Positions 11,267 through 22,595 are shown, counted from the stretch's first letter. The stretch is DNA of 64,000 bases from an uncultured bacterium (GCA_905214875.1 CAJMNR010000022.1:422-64421), one strand, 5' to 3'. A program made the numbers and translations. The notes: generated from the letters alone by a model not told the origin.

Positions 11267-11533
11267 TTATTTTCTTAAGCCTAAACGTTCGATAAGTTTA
11301 CGGTATCCTTCAAGATCAGTTTTCTTAAGGTATGCAAGTAAACCTCTTCTTTGACCAACCATTTTAAGAAGACCTCTTCTTGAGTGGTGATCTTTTTTAT
11401 TAACTTTTAAATGTTCTGTTAATTCAGAGATTCTTTCAGTTAATAAAGCGATTTGAACTTCTGGTGAACCAGTGTCGTTAGGTGTTCTACCGAATTCAGC
11501 AATAATTTGTTGTTTTTTTTCTTTGTTAATCAT
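11267..11533 (-). CDS. rpsO: 30S ribosomal protein S15
   Basis: [27 protein letters not shown]. Confidence 0.99.
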   Translation of the reverse strand: MINKEKKQQIIAEFGRTPNDTGSPEVQIALLTERISELTEHLKVNKKDHHSRRGLLKMVGQRRGLLAYLKKTDLEGYRKLIERLGLRK

Positions 11534-11612
11534 GATGATTCCTCCTAAATGTTATATACCATATACCAAGAAGTAGGTCGGAGTGTCCTAACTCTGAGTA
11601 TTGGTTAGTATC
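11534..11612 (-). promoter_or_regulatory. Putative S15 autoregulatory leader RNA
   Basis: Minus-strand nested stems (accaatac...gtatatggt; tagg...ccta) just upstream of the RBS, like Firmicutes rpsO leaders. Confidence 0.55.
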
Positions 11613-11674
11613 ATACTTTGCAATAATATCATATATTATTCAAAATGTAAATAAAATTCTGAATCTTTCTTTAC

Positions 11675-12292
11675 TTATTGCCGATTATTTGGCTGATTAT
11701 TGTTTGGATTAAACTGTCCGCCACCAAATTGTTGTGGTTGTTGAGGCTGTTGGCCATTAAACTGACCTTGTTGTGGGGCACCATACATTTGTCCACCATT
11801 CATTGGCTGTTGTCCAACGTTCATTGCTTGTGCACCATTCATTGGTTGACCACCATTATACATTGGTTGAACTGGTTTTGCTGGAACAAATCCATCTACT
11901 ACTAAATGAGCCTTTCCAACGAAGATATCACTACCAATTGCTGAACAAATCATTAAGATTCCATATAAAATGTAAGCTGCTAATCTTACTAAGTATTCAA
12001 GCGTATTCATAAACTTAGTATAACCGCTGTCATCTCTATATGTTGCATATGTATCAACTAATCCTTTAAATGAGCCTACTAAGTCAAATACTAAACCGAT
12101 TGCTGCAATAATTAATGCTAATCCTAATGCTTGTACTGCCGTCTTCTTAACGCGACTGTCAAACTGTAATGCAAATACTGCTACTGTTACAGCTAAAATT
12201 GGCCAAAATGTTCCTACCACTGAAGCGATTCCTATTAAATAAATAGCAACGCACAATGGCATGGCAGGTATCCCATAATTTTCTTTCTTCAT
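11675..12292 (-). CDS. Membrane protein with Gln/Gly/Asn-rich C-terminal tail
   Basis: About four hydrophobic segments, then QPMNGG-type repeats. Confidence 0.8.
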   Translation of the reverse strand: MKKENYGIPAMPLCVAIYLIGIASVVGTFWPILAVTVAVFALQFDSRVKKTAVQALGLALIIAAIGLVFDLVGSFKGLVDTYATYRDDSGYTKFMNTLEYLVRLAAYILYGILMICSAIGSDIFVGKAHLVVDGFVPAKPVQPMYNGGQPMNGAQAMNVGQQPMNGGQMYGAPQQGQFNGQQPQQPQQFGGGQFNPNNNQPNNRQ

Positions 12293-12383
12293 ATTTATGA
12301 AGCCTCCTTAACAATAGTTTATACTATATGTTACCATTTTTATCCAATACAGTCAAATTATTACATATCCTACATTTTTCCTA

Positions 12384-12803
12384 TTATTTAACTATTTCTT
12401 CAATTTTTTCTATCATATTAGACTCAATATTATAAGCCAATCCATCTACTTCACATTGCTCATTGCTCTTGAATTGAACATTAGCCACTTGTTCATCGCC
12501 TGCAAATAGGGTAACTGCATACCCTTGATTAATAGAAGGTTGTTTTTTCACTTTGTTATATGTAGTATCTCCCAGATCTTTAATTAATTCATCAATGGTT
12601 TCCTGGTTATCAACCATTGTAATCTTTCCACTTTTACAGTCTGTAATCATAACTCTGGATGCTGCATCAGTGGACATTCTGCAAAAATCATCAAATTTGT
12701 ATTCTGTCTTATTGTGGGAATTATCATATACTGCCCAACCCCCAATTACTACAAGTAATCCAATCATTAATGCTACGAGATTTTTCTTTTTCATCATAAT
12801 CAT
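12384..12803 (-). CDS. Membrane-anchored hypothetical protein
   Basis: Basic N-terminus plus one TM segment; RBS present. Confidence 0.7.
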   Translation of the reverse strand: MIMMKKKNLVALMIGLLVVIGGWAVYDNSHNKTEYKFDDFCRMSTDAASRVMITDCKSGKITMVDNQETIDELIKDLGDTTYNKVKKQPSINQGYAVTLFAGDEQVANVQFKSNEQCEVDGLAYNIESNMIEKIEEIVK

Positions 12804-12929
12804 CTCTCCCTTTCCTATTTAATTTTCTACTGCCACTTTATTATAATACTTTTTTTGCGTATTTTCGATATGTTTCGACGGATTTTTTTCAATACAATCT
12901 AATAAAGTAAAAACTGCAAGAATACCAAA

Positions 12930-13850
12930 CTAGTATTCTTGCAGTTTTTCTGTCACATTTTTCATATCTTGATGCATTTGGGTTTTGAGTTCCTGAACGG
13001 ATAGAAATTTCTGTTCTGGTCTCATAAACTGAAGAAGTTTTACTTCTAATACTTTTCCGTAAAGATCCCCTTCAAAATCTATGATATAAGTTTCAATTCC
13101 TAACTGATTTTTATCTCCTACTGTCGGCTTATAACCTACATTCGTTACACCAGTATACTCTTTCCCTTCTATTTCAACCGTCGAAGCGTAGACTCCATTA
13201 GGTGGAAGAAGTTTTCCTTCGGAAGGAAGAATGTTCACTGTCGGCATTCCAAGCTGTCTTCCTAGCTGTCTGCCATGAATGACTTCTCCAACTACGGAAA
13301 ATGGACGGCCAAGCATATCTGTTACCACTTCCATATTTCCCTTCGCGATTTCGTCACGAATACGTGTCGCGCTTACAACGTCATTATCATACTCCACTTT
13401 TTCATAGGCATAGACTTCATACCCTAACTCTTTCGCGTATTTCCTAAGCATATCTACATTTCCACGTCTGTGTTTCCCAAAGCAAAAATCTTCTCCAACA
13501 ATGATTGCTTTTGCATCACATTGCTTTACAAGCACTTCCTTGATGAATTCTTCTGGTTCCAACGACGCTGTCTTTGTGGTGAACGGATAGGCAATTAATA
13601 CGTCCAATCCTTCTTCTCTTAATTTTAAAAGTTTTTCCTCATTTGTATAGATCAACTTTGTTTCTTTTTCACTGAACAAGTTATACGGATGAAGAGAAAA
13701 GGTAAACATGACAGACTGATACCCCTTCTTTTTCAACTCAATCACATGGTCGATCAGCATTTGATGGCCTATATGAAGCCCATCAAACTTGCCAAGTGTC
13801 ACTACACTGTTCTTTAAGTGAAAGTCTGTCGTTTCCACAATATATTTCAT
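12930..13850 (-). CDS. ribF: Bifunctional riboflavin kinase/FAD synthetase
   Basis: GKFDGLHIGH, GRQLGMPTVN, NVGYKPT. Confidence 0.96.
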   Translation of the reverse strand: MKYIVETTDFHLKNSVVTLGKFDGLHIGHQMLIDHVIELKKKGYQSVMFTFSLHPYNLFSEKETKLIYTNEEKLLKLREEGLDVLIAYPFTTKTASLEPEEFIKEVLVKQCDAKAIIVGEDFCFGKHRRGNVDMLRKYAKELGYEVYAYEKVEYDNDVVSATRIRDEIAKGNMEVVTDMLGRPFSVVGEVIHGRQLGRQLGMPTVNILPSEGKLLPPNGVYASTVEIEGKEYTGVTNVGYKPTVGDKNQLGIETYIIDFEGDLYGKVLEVKLLQFMRPEQKFLSVQELKTQMHQDMKNVTEKLQEY

Positions 13851-13855
13851 CTATA

Positions 13856-14782
13856 TTACTCCTTAATATAAAACATCTTTACTGGTTTGTACTCACCAGG
13901 CTGTTCCTCTATAAATACTCCAATAAAATTGTTCTCAGAGTCGTACACCCTTACGTTACGACTATCCATCCCGTTTTCATGAAATGATGGTGGAATTTTT
14001 CTTTCAACATGCTTCTCATAAAAGATGTTTCCATTATAAATCAATTTGCTAAACTCTTCTTTTATAATCAGCGCTTCGTAACTTGCAAACATATCATCTA
14101 TCGAAACAATATGATCTGCTAATTTACCTTCATCACGAAGTTGTTCGATTTGAGATAACGTTACACTGTCTTCAATGTCAAAGCGGCTTACCTTTGTTCG
14201 TATTAAATGCTTCATGCATCCGCCGCATCCAAGTTTTTCTCCGATATCTGAACAGAGCGTGCGGATATAAGTTCCTTTCGAACAACTTACAGACATTGTA
14301 ACTTCATGTGTTTCCATATTGATGTCTCTTATTTCAATGTTATGAATATGGATTCTTCTAGCTTTACGTTCGATTACAATTCCTTCTCTAGCAAGCTCAT
14401 ATAACTTCTTACCATTTACTTTCAGCGCACTGTACATCGGTGGCACTTGATCATACTCTCCAATAAAGGATAATACTGCTTCCACTATTTCTTCCTTTGT
14501 TGAAGTCACATCTTTTGTAGTTAGCACGGTTCCTGACGTATCTTCCGTATCAGTGGTTGTTCCAAGTAAAAGAACCGCTTCATATGTCTTATCTTTATCT
14601 GTAAGCATATCACAAAGCTTTGTTGCTTTTCCAAGGCAGACCGGAAGTACACCTGTTGCGTCCGGATCGAGCGTGCCAGTATGTCCTATTTTTTTCTGTT
14701 TTAGTATTCCACGAAGCTTTGCAACTACATCGTGAGAAGTAAACCCAGCTTCTTTGTATACATTAATAATTCCGTTAATCAT
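13856..14782 (-). CDS. truB: tRNA pseudouridine(55) synthase
   Basis: GHTGTLDP, PPMYSALK, SKGTYIRTL. Confidence 0.97.
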   Translation of the reverse strand: MINGIINVYKEAGFTSHDVVAKLRGILKQKKIGHTGTLDPDATGVLPVCLGKATKLCDMLTDKDKTYEAVLLLGTTTDTEDTSGTVLTTKDVTSTKEEIVEAVLSFIGEYDQVPPMYSALKVNGKKLYELAREGIVIERKARRIHIHNIEIRDINMETHEVTMSVSCSKGTYIRTLCSDIGEKLGCGGCMKHLIRTKVSRFDIEDSVTLSQIEQLRDEGKLADHIVSIDDMFASYEALIIKEEFSKLIYNGNIFYEKHVERKIPPSFHENGMDSRNVRVYDSENNFIGVFIEEQPGEYKPVKMFYIKE

Positions 14783-15751
14783 TTATGATAACTCCTGCAG
14801 TTGTTGATAAATCAATCTAGTGATGTTGTTGATGACATCATAAGCAGTTCCTGTCATTGTACAGCCAGCAGCCTTTACATGGCCACCGCCTCCGAAATAC
14901 ACGGCAATCTTACTAACATCAACTTTATTATTGGATCGCATGCTCACTTTATATTGCTGATTACCTAATTCATGAAGAAGCATAGCAACTTCGACACCTT
15001 TTGTCACTCGAAGCTGGTCTATAATTCCATCAATATCTTTTGGCTTTGCACCGTAAAAATCCATGATTTTCTTTGAAAGCGTCGTAATAATGCATTTTCC
15101 ATCAAGCACCATGATGCTTTCTGTTAAACAACGGCCTAATAATTGATTTTGCATATATGTTTTTTGATAAAAACTTTCATCAATAATTCTTGAGAATTCT
15201 ATGTCAAAAGCCATGAGCTCACCAGCTACTGTCATAGTATTCTTTGATGTATTGGAATGTTTGAACACTCCGGTATCATGAATAATTCCGGTATAAAGTG
15301 CTGTAGCGATTTCTTTGTCCATATACTCTTTGTCAATCAAAGAATACATCGTTTCACAAGTGGAACTTGCGTCTGGTAATACGAAGTTATCCTCTGCAAA
15401 CTTTGTATTACTAATATGGTGGTCGATATTGATCGTATGCGCAGCAGATTCAAAGTAAGAAATTGCAGGGCCTAGTCGTTCCTTATCGCCACAGTCTAAC
15501 GAAATGAATACGTCATATTCACAAGTTTCTTCATACGTAGTGTGCACTTTGTCCACATCTTTAATATAGTGGAATACTTCGGGTACCATTTCCAAATAAA
15601 CGTCGATTTTTTTCTCTGGATAACGTTTACTTAAATATAAAAACATAGCCATGCAAGACCCGACGCAATCTCCGTCAGGTCTCACATGCCCAGCTATTCC
15701 TATTGAAACGGCACTTGATATTTTATCTAAAATATTTGCCATATGCTTCAA
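14783..15751 (-). CDS. nrnA: DHH/DHHA1 oligoribonuclease/pAp phosphatase
   Basis: HVRPDGD, IDHH, GGGGH; conserved position between rbfA and truB. Confidence 0.9.
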   Translation of the reverse strand: MKHMANILDKISSAVSIGIAGHVRPDGDCVGSCMAMFLYLSKRYPEKKIDVYLEMVPEVFHYIKDVDKVHTTYEETCEYDVFISLDCGDKERLGPAISYFESAAHTINIDHHISNTKFAEDNFVLPDASSTCETMYSLIDKEYMDKEIATALYTGIIHDTGVFKHSNTSKNTMTVAGELMAFDIEFSRIIDESFYQKTYMQNQLLGRCLTESIMVLDGKCIITTLSKKIMDFYGAKPKDIDGIIDQLRVTKGVEVAMLLHELGNQQYKVSMRSNNKVDVSKIAVYFGGGGHVKAAGCTMTGTAYDVINNITRLIYQQLQELS

Positions 15752-15756
15752 TTCCT

Positions 15757-16140
15757 TTATTCTTCTTCAGAAACCTCTTCCGAATTAGCAGTTTTGTTTA
15801 CTTCATCTATCATTTTAGACATGTTGATGCCGTATTCGATAGACTGATCCATTACAAAATGTAATTCTGGAGTGTTACGAAGATTTACTGATTTTGCGAG
15901 TAAGCTTCTCATGTAAGGAGCTGCTTTACGTAATCCTTCATAAGTTGCTTCTCTCTCTGCTTCATTTCCAAGCACGCTGATGTAAACTTTTGCATGTTTT
16001 AAATCAGGTGCTACTTCTACATTAACAACACTTGTCATTGGGTGGATTCTTGGATCTTTAATCTCCTGACGGATGATTCTAGATAATTCTTTTTGAACCT
16101 CACCGTTAATTCTTGTGTTTTTAATACTATTCTTTCTCAT
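15757..16140 (-). CDS. rbfA: Ribosome-binding factor A
   Basis: IKDPRI, DLKHAKVYIS, LRNTPELHF; start placed at MRKNS. Confidence 0.96.
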   Translation of the reverse strand: MRKNSIKNTRINGEVQKELSRIIRQEIKDPRIHPMTSVVNVEVAPDLKHAKVYISVLGNEAEREATYEGLRKAAPYMRSLLAKSVNLRNTPELHFVMDQSIEYGINMSKMIDEVNKTANSEEVSEEE

Positions 16141-16164
16141 ATCGATTACCTCCAAAATGAAGTA

Positions 16165-18594
16165 TTAGCGTGGAACCTCTACCATCATGTAGTGTTCTAC
16201 TTGGTCAAATTCTTTAACGTCGTTAAACTTCTCAAATACTAAACCACATTCGTAACCGCTTGCAACTTCTTTAACATCATCTTTAAATCTCTTAAGTGAT
16301 TGAAGATTTCCTTCAAAGATAAGATTTCCTTCACGAGTGATACGAACCATTGTATTACGTAAAATCTTACCATCAAGTACATATGCACCGGCAATTGTAC
16401 CTACACCAGAAGCTTTAAATGTTTGACGAACTTCTGAATGAGCGATAACTTTTTCTTCATAAATTGGTTCAAGCATACCTTTCATGGCTGCTTCGATATC
16501 TTCGATTGCATTGTAGATAACTCTATATAGACGTAAATCTACTTTTTCTCTATCTGCGATTTCTTTTGCCGCATGGTCTGGACGAACATTGAAACCGATT
16601 ACAATTGCATTAGAAGCACTTGCAAGCATGATATCGGATTCATTGATTGCACCAACACCACCGTGGATTACACGTACTGCAACTTCTTCATTGCTAAGTT
16701 TTAATAAACTTTGTTTCATTGCTTCTACAGAACCTTGAACGTCAGCTTTGATGATTAAGTTTAATTCTTTTACATTACCAGCTTGGATTTGTGAGAATAA
16801 ACCATCAAGAGATAATTTAGCTTTTGTATCATCAAGTAATTTTTCTCTGCTTTGTTCAATATAAACTTCAGCAATGCTACGAGCTTCTTTTTCACTATCA
16901 GTACTCATGCATACTTCACCAGCTTCTGGTACATCGTTAAGACCAAGAATTTCAACTGGTGTAGATGGGCCTGCTTCTTTTACTCTTCTTCCCTTATCGT
17001 CCATAAGAGCACGAACTTTACCGTAGCTTGATCCGATAACGATTGGATCACCAACATGTAATGTACCTTTTTGTACTAATACAGTTGCAACAGAACCTTT
17101 ACCTTTATCAAGTTTTGCTTCAATTACGATACCTCTTGCATTACGGTTTGGATTTGCTTTTAATTCAAGCACTTCTGAAGTTAAAAGAATCATTTCTAAT
17201 AATTCGTTGATACCTTCTTTTGTGTGAGCCGATACTGGTACGAAAATTGTGCTGCCGCCCCAATCTTCTGGAATTAATTCATATTCTGTTAATTCTTGTT
17301 TTACACGTTCGACGTTTGCACTTTCTTTATCGATCTTGTTGATTGCAACAATGATTTCGATTCCAGCAGCTTTTGCATGGTTGATTGCTTCGATTGTCTG
17401 AGGCATTACACCATCATCAGCAGCTACTACTAAGATAGCGATATCTGTGGATTGAGCACCACGCATACGCATTGAAGTAAATGCTTCATGTCCTGGAGTA
17501 TCAAGGAATGTGATTTTTTCTCCATTGTAGTTTACTACAGATGCACCGATGTGCTGAGTGATACCACCAGCTTCTCCGTTTGTTACATGAGAAGAACGAA
17601 TTGCATCAAGTAAGGAAGTTTTACCATGATCTACGTGACCCATAACACATACTACAGGTGGACGTTTTACCATGTCTTTTTCGTCTTCTTCTTCCTCTTT
17701 TAATAACTCTTCGATTACGTCAACTTTAACTTCTTGTTCTACGATGATATCGTATTCTAATGCGATTTCTTCTGCTTCTTCGAAAGAAATTTCAGAGTTT
17801 AAGTTAACCATCTTACCAGCCATGAATAATTTCTTAACTAATGCTGCAGCTGGTTGTTTCATTTTATCTGCAAGATCTTTTATTGAAATTGTTTCTGGTA
17901 CTGTAATTTGTTTTACTTCTTCTTCTACAACCTTAACAACTTCTGGCTTAATGAAAGCACCTTTTCTGTTTGGATCTTTTGCAGGTTGGTTATTGTTTTG
18001 ATTGCGGTTATTGTTTCTGTTATTATTGCGGTTATTACCGAAACGGTTGTTATTATTTCTGTTACCGTTGTTGTTGCGGTTTCCGTTGTTATTACGGTTT
18101 TGTCCTTGTCCGCCTTGGCTGTTTCTGTTTTGACCGCCTTGGTTGTTTCTGTTTTGACCATTTTGGCCGCCTTGACCATTTCTGTTTTGGCCTTGGCCAT
18201 TTCCGTTTGGTCTGTTTCCATTGTTTGGGCGGTTTTGATTATTGTTTGATCTATTTTCTCTGTTTTGATTATTGCCTTGTGGGCGATTGTTGTTTGTTTG
18301 TTTATTATCGTTCATATTCTGATTTCTACTTGTTCCTATCTGATTATGTCTTGTTTGCGTAGTTTCTTGTTTTTGCTCAGGTTTGGCCTTTGTAACCTTA
18401 TTATTCGGTACACTAGTTGGTGCTTGCTTTAGAATAGTCTTTCCAAATTGTCTCTTTACAAGAGCAACTTGATCATCTTCGATACTGCTCATATGACTCT
18501 TAACTTCAATACCATTATTGTTCAAAAACTCAATGATATCCTTACTATGGACATCAATATTTTTAGCTAATTCATATATCTTCATCTTTGCCAT
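16165..18594 (-). CDS. infB: Translation initiation factor IF-2
   Basis: [20 protein letters not shown]-rich N-terminal linker; start at MAKMKIYEL. Confidence 0.98.
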   Translation of the reverse strand: MAKMKIYELAKNIDVHSKDIIEFLNNNGIEVKSHMSSIEDDQVALVKRQFGKTILKQAPTSVPNNKVTKAKPEQKQETTQTRHNQIGTSRNQNMNDNKQTNNNRPQGNNQNRENRSNNNQNRPNNGNRPNGNGQGQNRNGQGGQNGQNRNNQGGQNRNSQGGQGQNRNNNGNRNNNGNRNNNNRFGNNRNNNRNNNRNQNNNQPAKDPNRKGAFIKPEVVKVVEEEVKQITVPETISIKDLADKMKQPAAALVKKLFMAGKMVNLNSEISFEEAEEIALEYDIIVEQEVKVDVIEELLKEEEEDEKDMVKRPPVVCVMGHVDHGKTSLLDAIRSSHVTNGEAGGITQHIGASVVNYNGEKITFLDTPGHEAFTSMRMRGAQSTDIAILVVAADDGVMPQTIEAINHAKAAGIEIIVAINKIDKESANVERVKQELTEYELIPEDWGGSTIFVPVSAHTKEGINELLEMILLTSEVLELKANPNRNARGIVIEAKLDKGKGSVATVLVQKGTLHVGDPIVIGSSYGKVRALMDDKGRRVKEAGPSTPVEILGLNDVPEAGEVCMSTDSEKEARSIAEVYIEQSREKLLDDTKAKLSLDGLFSQIQAGNVKELNLIIKADVQGSVEAMKQSLLKLSNEEVAVRVIHGGVGAINESDIMLASASNAIVIGFNVRPDHAAKEIADREKVDLRLYRVIYNAIEDIEAAMKGMLEPIYEEKVIAHSEVRQTFKASGVGTIAGAYVLDGKILRNTMVRITREGNLIFEGNLQSLKRFKDDVKEVASGYECGLVFEKFNDVKEFDQVEHYMMVEVPR

Positions 18595-18661
18595 ACTTCC
18601 ACCAATCCTTTCCTGGCACAAGGAATAACGAATCCTTGTCTTCGGTGTTTTAGGTTAACTG

Positions 18662-18967
18662 TTACTTATCCAATTGTTTTTTTATTGCATCTGCAAAGCC
18701 TTTGTCTAACACTGCCAGTGAAGCGCGAAATTGTTTCCCCATGGCATGACCTAAAGCTTCCTTATCCTCATAAAAATAAATTGGCACATTGTAATGTGTA
18801 CACATATTTGTAAACATTTTTTTCGTATTATCAGATGCATCATCTGCTACGATTACTAATGAAGCCTTTTTTTCTTTGACAGATTTCTCTGTAAGGAACT
18901 CTCCACTTGCAATTTTCCCAGCTTTTGTGGCTAATCCTACATAAGATAGTACTTTATTCTGCATCAA
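18662..18967 (-). CDS. ylxQ: L7Ae/YlxQ family RNA-binding protein
   Basis: GLATKAGK, DASDNT, LGHAMGK; position in the nusA operon. Confidence 0.9.
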   Translation of the reverse strand: MMQNKVLSYVGLATKAGKIASGEFLTEKSVKEKKASLVIVADDASDNTKKMFTNMCTHYNVPIYFYEDKEALGHAMGKQFRASLAVLDKGFADAIKKQLDK

Positions 18968-19229
18968 GATTTTTCAACTCCTTTTCTAGTTCATCGTAGA
19001 TTTCTTTTGGAATTGTTACTTTCAAAGAACGTTCTAATGCTTTACGTTGTACTGCTTTTTCGAAACATTCTAAAGAACAGCAAAGGTAAGCACCACGACC
19101 ATTTTTCTTTCCAGTTGCATCGATTACGATTTCATCTTCTGGTGTCTTAATTACACGAATTAAGTCCTTTTTGCTTTTCATTTCCCCACAGCCAGTGCAC
19201 TGACGCATAGGTATCTTTCTAATACTCAT
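18954..19229 (-). CDS. ylxR: YlxR (RnpM) family protein
   Basis: PMRQCTGC, GRGAYLC. Confidence 0.93.
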   Translation of the reverse strand: MSIRKIPMRQCTGCGEMKSKKDLIRVIKTPEDEIVIDATGKKNGRGAYLCCSLECFEKAVQRKALERSLKVTIPKEIYDELEKELKNLDAE

Positions 19230-19279
19230 AACAACCTCTTTTCTATTCTACACAATAGAATGTAAAACGAACGAAACGA

Positions 19280-20398
19280 TTATTCTTCGTCGTTATCCAT
19301 GTTAAAATCTTTATATGCTTCGATATACGCATCTTCATAATCTGCTGCATCATTGCTCATACCAGATTGTGATTCAGATTTGATATCGATTTTGTATCCT
19401 GTTAATCTTGCAGCAAGACGAGCATTTTGTCCTTCTTTACCGATTGCTAATGATAATTGATAATCAGGTACGATTACTTTTGCGCTCTTTTCTTCTACAT
19501 CTACTGTTACGCTAACAACTTTTGCTGGGCTAAGTGCATTTTGGATTAATACTGCTGGATCTTCGCTCCAGTTGATGATATCAATCTTTTCTCCACGAAG
19601 TTCATTTACGATTGCATTAACTCTTGCACCGTTTTGACCAACACAAGCTCCAATAGGATCTACGTCTGGGTTATTAGTTGCAACTGCCATCTTAGTTCTA
19701 GAACCAGCTTCTCTGGCAATGCTCTTAATTTCAACGATTCCTTCTTTTACTTCTGTAACTTCTGCTTCAAATAAACGTTTTACTAACTCTGGATGAGTTC
19801 TGGAAACTGTAATCTTAGGTCCTTTTGTAGAATCTTTAACTTCGATTACATATAATTTGATACGTTCTGTTGGACGGAAACGTTCTCCGCGTACTTGTTC
19901 TTGTTCTGTAAGAACTGCATCAACTTTACCAAGATTAATGCTTACATTGTTGCCAACATATCTTTGAACGATACCTGTTACGATATCTCTTTCTTTTTCA
20001 AAATAAATTCCGTATAATACTTTTCTTTCTTCTTCACGAATCTTTTGAACTACAACTTGTTTTGCTTTTTGAGCAGCAATACGACCAAAGTTGTTAGGTG
20101 TTACTTCTACTTGAACAACATCACCTACTGAGAATTTAGGGTAGTTTAAGATTGCTTCTTCACGACTGATTTGCATTACAGGATCTGTAACCTCATCAAC
20201 GATTTCACGTTCAGCGTATACTTTAACCTCACCAGTTTCACGATTGATGTTCACTTTGATGTTATCCGCTTTACCAAAATGGTTTTTACAAGCAGCTACT
20301 AAAGAGTTTTCAATTGCTTCAAGTAAAATTTCTTTGCTAATATTTTTTTCTTTTTCAATTTGCTCTAATGCTCCGATTAGTTCATTATTCTTTGCCAT
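19280..20398 (-). CDS. nusA: Transcription termination factor NusA
   Basis: FGRIAAQ, REAGSRTK, AIGKEGQNARLA. Confidence 0.98.
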   Translation of the reverse strand: MAKNNELIGALEQIEKEKNISKEILLEAIENSLVAACKNHFGKADNIKVNINRETGEVKVYAEREIVDEVTDPVMQISREEAILNYPKFSVGDVVQVEVTPNNFGRIAAQKAKQVVVQKIREEERKVLYGIYFEKERDIVTGIVQRYVGNNVSINLGKVDAVLTEQEQVRGERFRPTERIKLYVIEVKDSTKGPKITVSRTHPELVKRLFEAEVTEVKEGIVEIKSIAREAGSRTKMAVATNNPDVDPIGACVGQNGARVNAIVNELRGEKIDIINWSEDPAVLIQNALSPAKVVSVTVDVEEKSAKVIVPDYQLSLAIGKEGQNARLAARLTGYKIDIKSESQSGMSNDAADYEDAYIEAYKDFNMDNDEE

Positions 20399-20487
20399 GT
20401 CGTTATCCTCCTAACATTATGCATGCCACCTATAGCGGTCTTACGTTCTTTATCCAAATTTATATTTAACACAGTTGATTTCTTTGC

Positions 20488-20955
20488 TTAAAAATCAATT
20501 GCTAATCTAACCATAGCAATTTCAGGGCGTTTGAAAGTCATTTCGCTTTCATCTTCTAATTCGACTGTAATTGTTTCTTCATCGAATGCTTTTAATACGC
20601 CTTCAAAATCTTTTTGTTTGTTAATTCCTTTGTATAACTTAACTTCAATAACTTCTCCGATACTTCTTTTGAAGTCCTTATCCTTTTTCAACTGTCTTCC
20701 AAGCCCAGGAGAACTTACTTCTAAAATGTACGCATCTGGAATGTAATCTTCCACATCTAAAAGATCACTTAAAGCACGACTCACGATTTCGCAGTCATCT
20801 ACTGAAATCCCACCTTCTTTATCGATATAAACACGTAAGAAGTTGTTTCCGCCTTCTTTCACATATTCAACATCCACAAGTTCAAAGTTATTTTCTTCAA
20901 TTAGTGGCATTACTAAGCTTTCTGTTCTTGATTCGTAATCTTCTCTTTTAGCCAT
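20488..20955 (-). CDS. rimP: Ribosome maturation factor RimP
   Basis: LRVYIDK, LEVSSPG; start at MAKRED with AAGAGG RBS. Confidence 0.95.
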   Translation of the reverse strand: MAKREDYESRTESLVMPLIEENNFELVDVEYVKEGGNNFLRVYIDKEGGISVDDCEIVSRALSDLLDVEDYIPDAYILEVSSPGLGRQLKKDKDFKRSIGEVIEVKLYKGINKQKDFEGVLKAFDEETITVELEDESEMTFKRPEIAMVRLAIDF

Positions 20956-21083
20956 TTTTTCATTCCTCTTTTCCATATTCAATTTTCGTATAGTTTGATA
21001 TAACGACTTTAAAATTCTATACATATTCAATATGTCACAAAATTGATATTTTCATTAATATTCACAATTATTCTTAATAACGC

Positions 21084-21130
21084 AAAATATAAGGAGTGGA
21101 CAACAATCCACTCCCTAAGTCATTCGGTAT
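21084..21130 (-). promoter_or_regulatory. rimP-nusA leader hairpin (probable NusA-dependent attenuator)
   Basis: Minus strand GGGAGTGGA-ttgttg-TCCACTCCT followed by a weak U-tract, like Firmicutes ylxS/rimP leaders. Confidence 0.6.
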
Positions 21131-21182
21131 CAAAACTACTTGTTCATTGTAACATTTATCCATGATAAATGCAAGGTTTATT

Positions 21183-21506
21183 TTAAGCATTTGCTAACTG
21201 TTTTCGAAGTTCTGCCCCTATTTCCCCAATTAAAATACTAATTCCAAAGAAAATTGGATAGCACCACGCTGTCGAAGTATAAAAAAAATAGATTGCCGGA
21301 ATGGATAATAATCCACCGATTACAGGAAGCACAACATCCACCTTATGATGTTTGGAGTCTATATATCCAATCGCCATACATACAAATGGCGTCACAAGTA
21401 TGACTAACATTAGACTTGTATGTAAACTCCTTGCCGCAAAGGGGCACCCGTAGAACAAAAGAATACTGCCTATGGCATAAGGCAAAATCCTTTGAATTGT
21501 TTTCAT
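21183..21506 (-). CDS. Small integral membrane protein
   Basis: About four hydrophobic helices; AAGGAG RBS. Confidence 0.7.
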   Translation of the reverse strand: MKTIQRILPYAIGSILLFYGCPFAARSLHTSLMLVILVTPFVCMAIGYIDSKHHKVDVVLPVIGGLLSIPAIYFFYTSTAWCYPIFFGISILIGEIGAELRKQLANA

Positions 21507-21644
21507 CTAACTTCTCCTTTTTAAGTTTTCCTTTTATCGTACTTATACAACATATTCAACTTCTTTTAAAAAATACCCCTTGACTAAGGCAGTAAAATCC
21601 GACAAAATATAATTTAATTATTTTAACTAAAGAAAGGTAGTTTT

Positions 21645-22523
21645 ATGAAATATCAAATCATCTCTGACAGCTCTTGCGATATCGACAAGGCATATGTGCA
21701 GGAAAAAGGAATCGAAATCGTACCATTCTATGTTACATTCGATGAAATCAACTACTATAAAGAAGGAATCGAAGTAGATCATGACGAGTTTTACGAAAAG
21801 ATGATCAAGGATCATGCTTATCCAAAGAGCTCGCTTCCTGCCATCACAGATTATGTAGATGTATTTACAAAATACGCAAAACAAGACATTCCTGTTATCT
21901 GTACGACTATCACTACAAAATTCAGCGGTTCCTTTCAGTCCGCTTGTAATGCAAAAGAGATTGTCTTAGAAACTTATAAAGATGCAAGAATTACTGTAAT
22001 CGACTCTACACTCAATACGTCTGTTCAAAATGTTTTTGTAAAAGAAGCCGTACGTATGAGAGAAAATGGTCTTTCTTATGAAGAATGTATCACTAACCTT
22101 GAACGCATCCGTTCCACAGGCCGTATCATCTTCACAATTGAAAATATTGATTACTTAAAAAAAGGCGGACGAATCGGTAAACTTCTCAAGCTTGCCGGCT
22201 CTACTCTTGGCATCCGTCCTATCATTATATTTGAAGAAGGAGAAATCTCTCCTGGCGGTATCAGTCGAAGCCGTAAAAAGGCAAAACAAAAAGTTCTTGA
22301 TGTTACAAAAGAGTACTTCGAGAAAAATAACCTTAATCCAGAAGACTACTCTTTCTCTGTAGGAACTGGAGTTGACTTTGACGAAGCCGAGGAATTACGA
22401 GATCAGTTTGAACAGATTTTAGGAATAAAAAATATTCCAATCAACCAAATTGGTGTAACAGTAGGAACCCATACCGGTCCACATCCGATTGGTATTGGTT
22501 TCGTAAAAAAATACGATTGCTAG
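21645..22523 (+). CDS. DegV/FakB family fatty acid-binding protein
   Basis: IISDSSCD, PKSSLP, SGSFQSA, LKKGGRI, HTGP. Confidence 0.93.
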   Translation: MKYQIISDSSCDIDKAYVQEKGIEIVPFYVTFDEINYYKEGIEVDHDEFYEKMIKDHAYPKSSLPAITDYVDVFTKYAKQDIPVICTTITTKFSGSFQSACNAKEIVLETYKDARITVIDSTLNTSVQNVFVKEAVRMRENGLSYEECITNLERIRSTGRIIFTIENIDYLKKGGRIGKLLKLAGSTLGIRPIIIFEEGEISPGGISRSRKKAKQKVLDVTKEYFEKNNLNPEDYSFSVGTGVDFDEAEELRDQFEQILGIKNIPINQIGVTVGTHTGPHPIGIGFVKKYDC

Positions 22524-22537
22524 TGTTTTGCTTCTCG

Positions 22538-22565
22538 CAGAGAAATTTCCTAACAATAAAAAAAA
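22538..22565. repeat. Dispersed hairpin repeat, terminal fragment (copy 5)
   Basis: cagagaaatttcctaacaat followed by an A-tract, directly abutting the terminator. Confidence 0.75.
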
Positions 22566-22595
22566 GCCTGTCCAACAAACGGACAGGCTTTTTTT
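22562..22595. terminator. Bidirectional terminator between degV and ybjQ-like gene
   Basis: aaaagcctgtcc-aacaaac-ggacaggctttt. Confidence 0.9.

Noticed and set aside
17980..18320. Low-complexity repeats and overlapping alternative ORFs in infB
   Set aside because: Ordinary N/Q/G-rich IF2 linker; the alternative frames stay open because of the low complexity.
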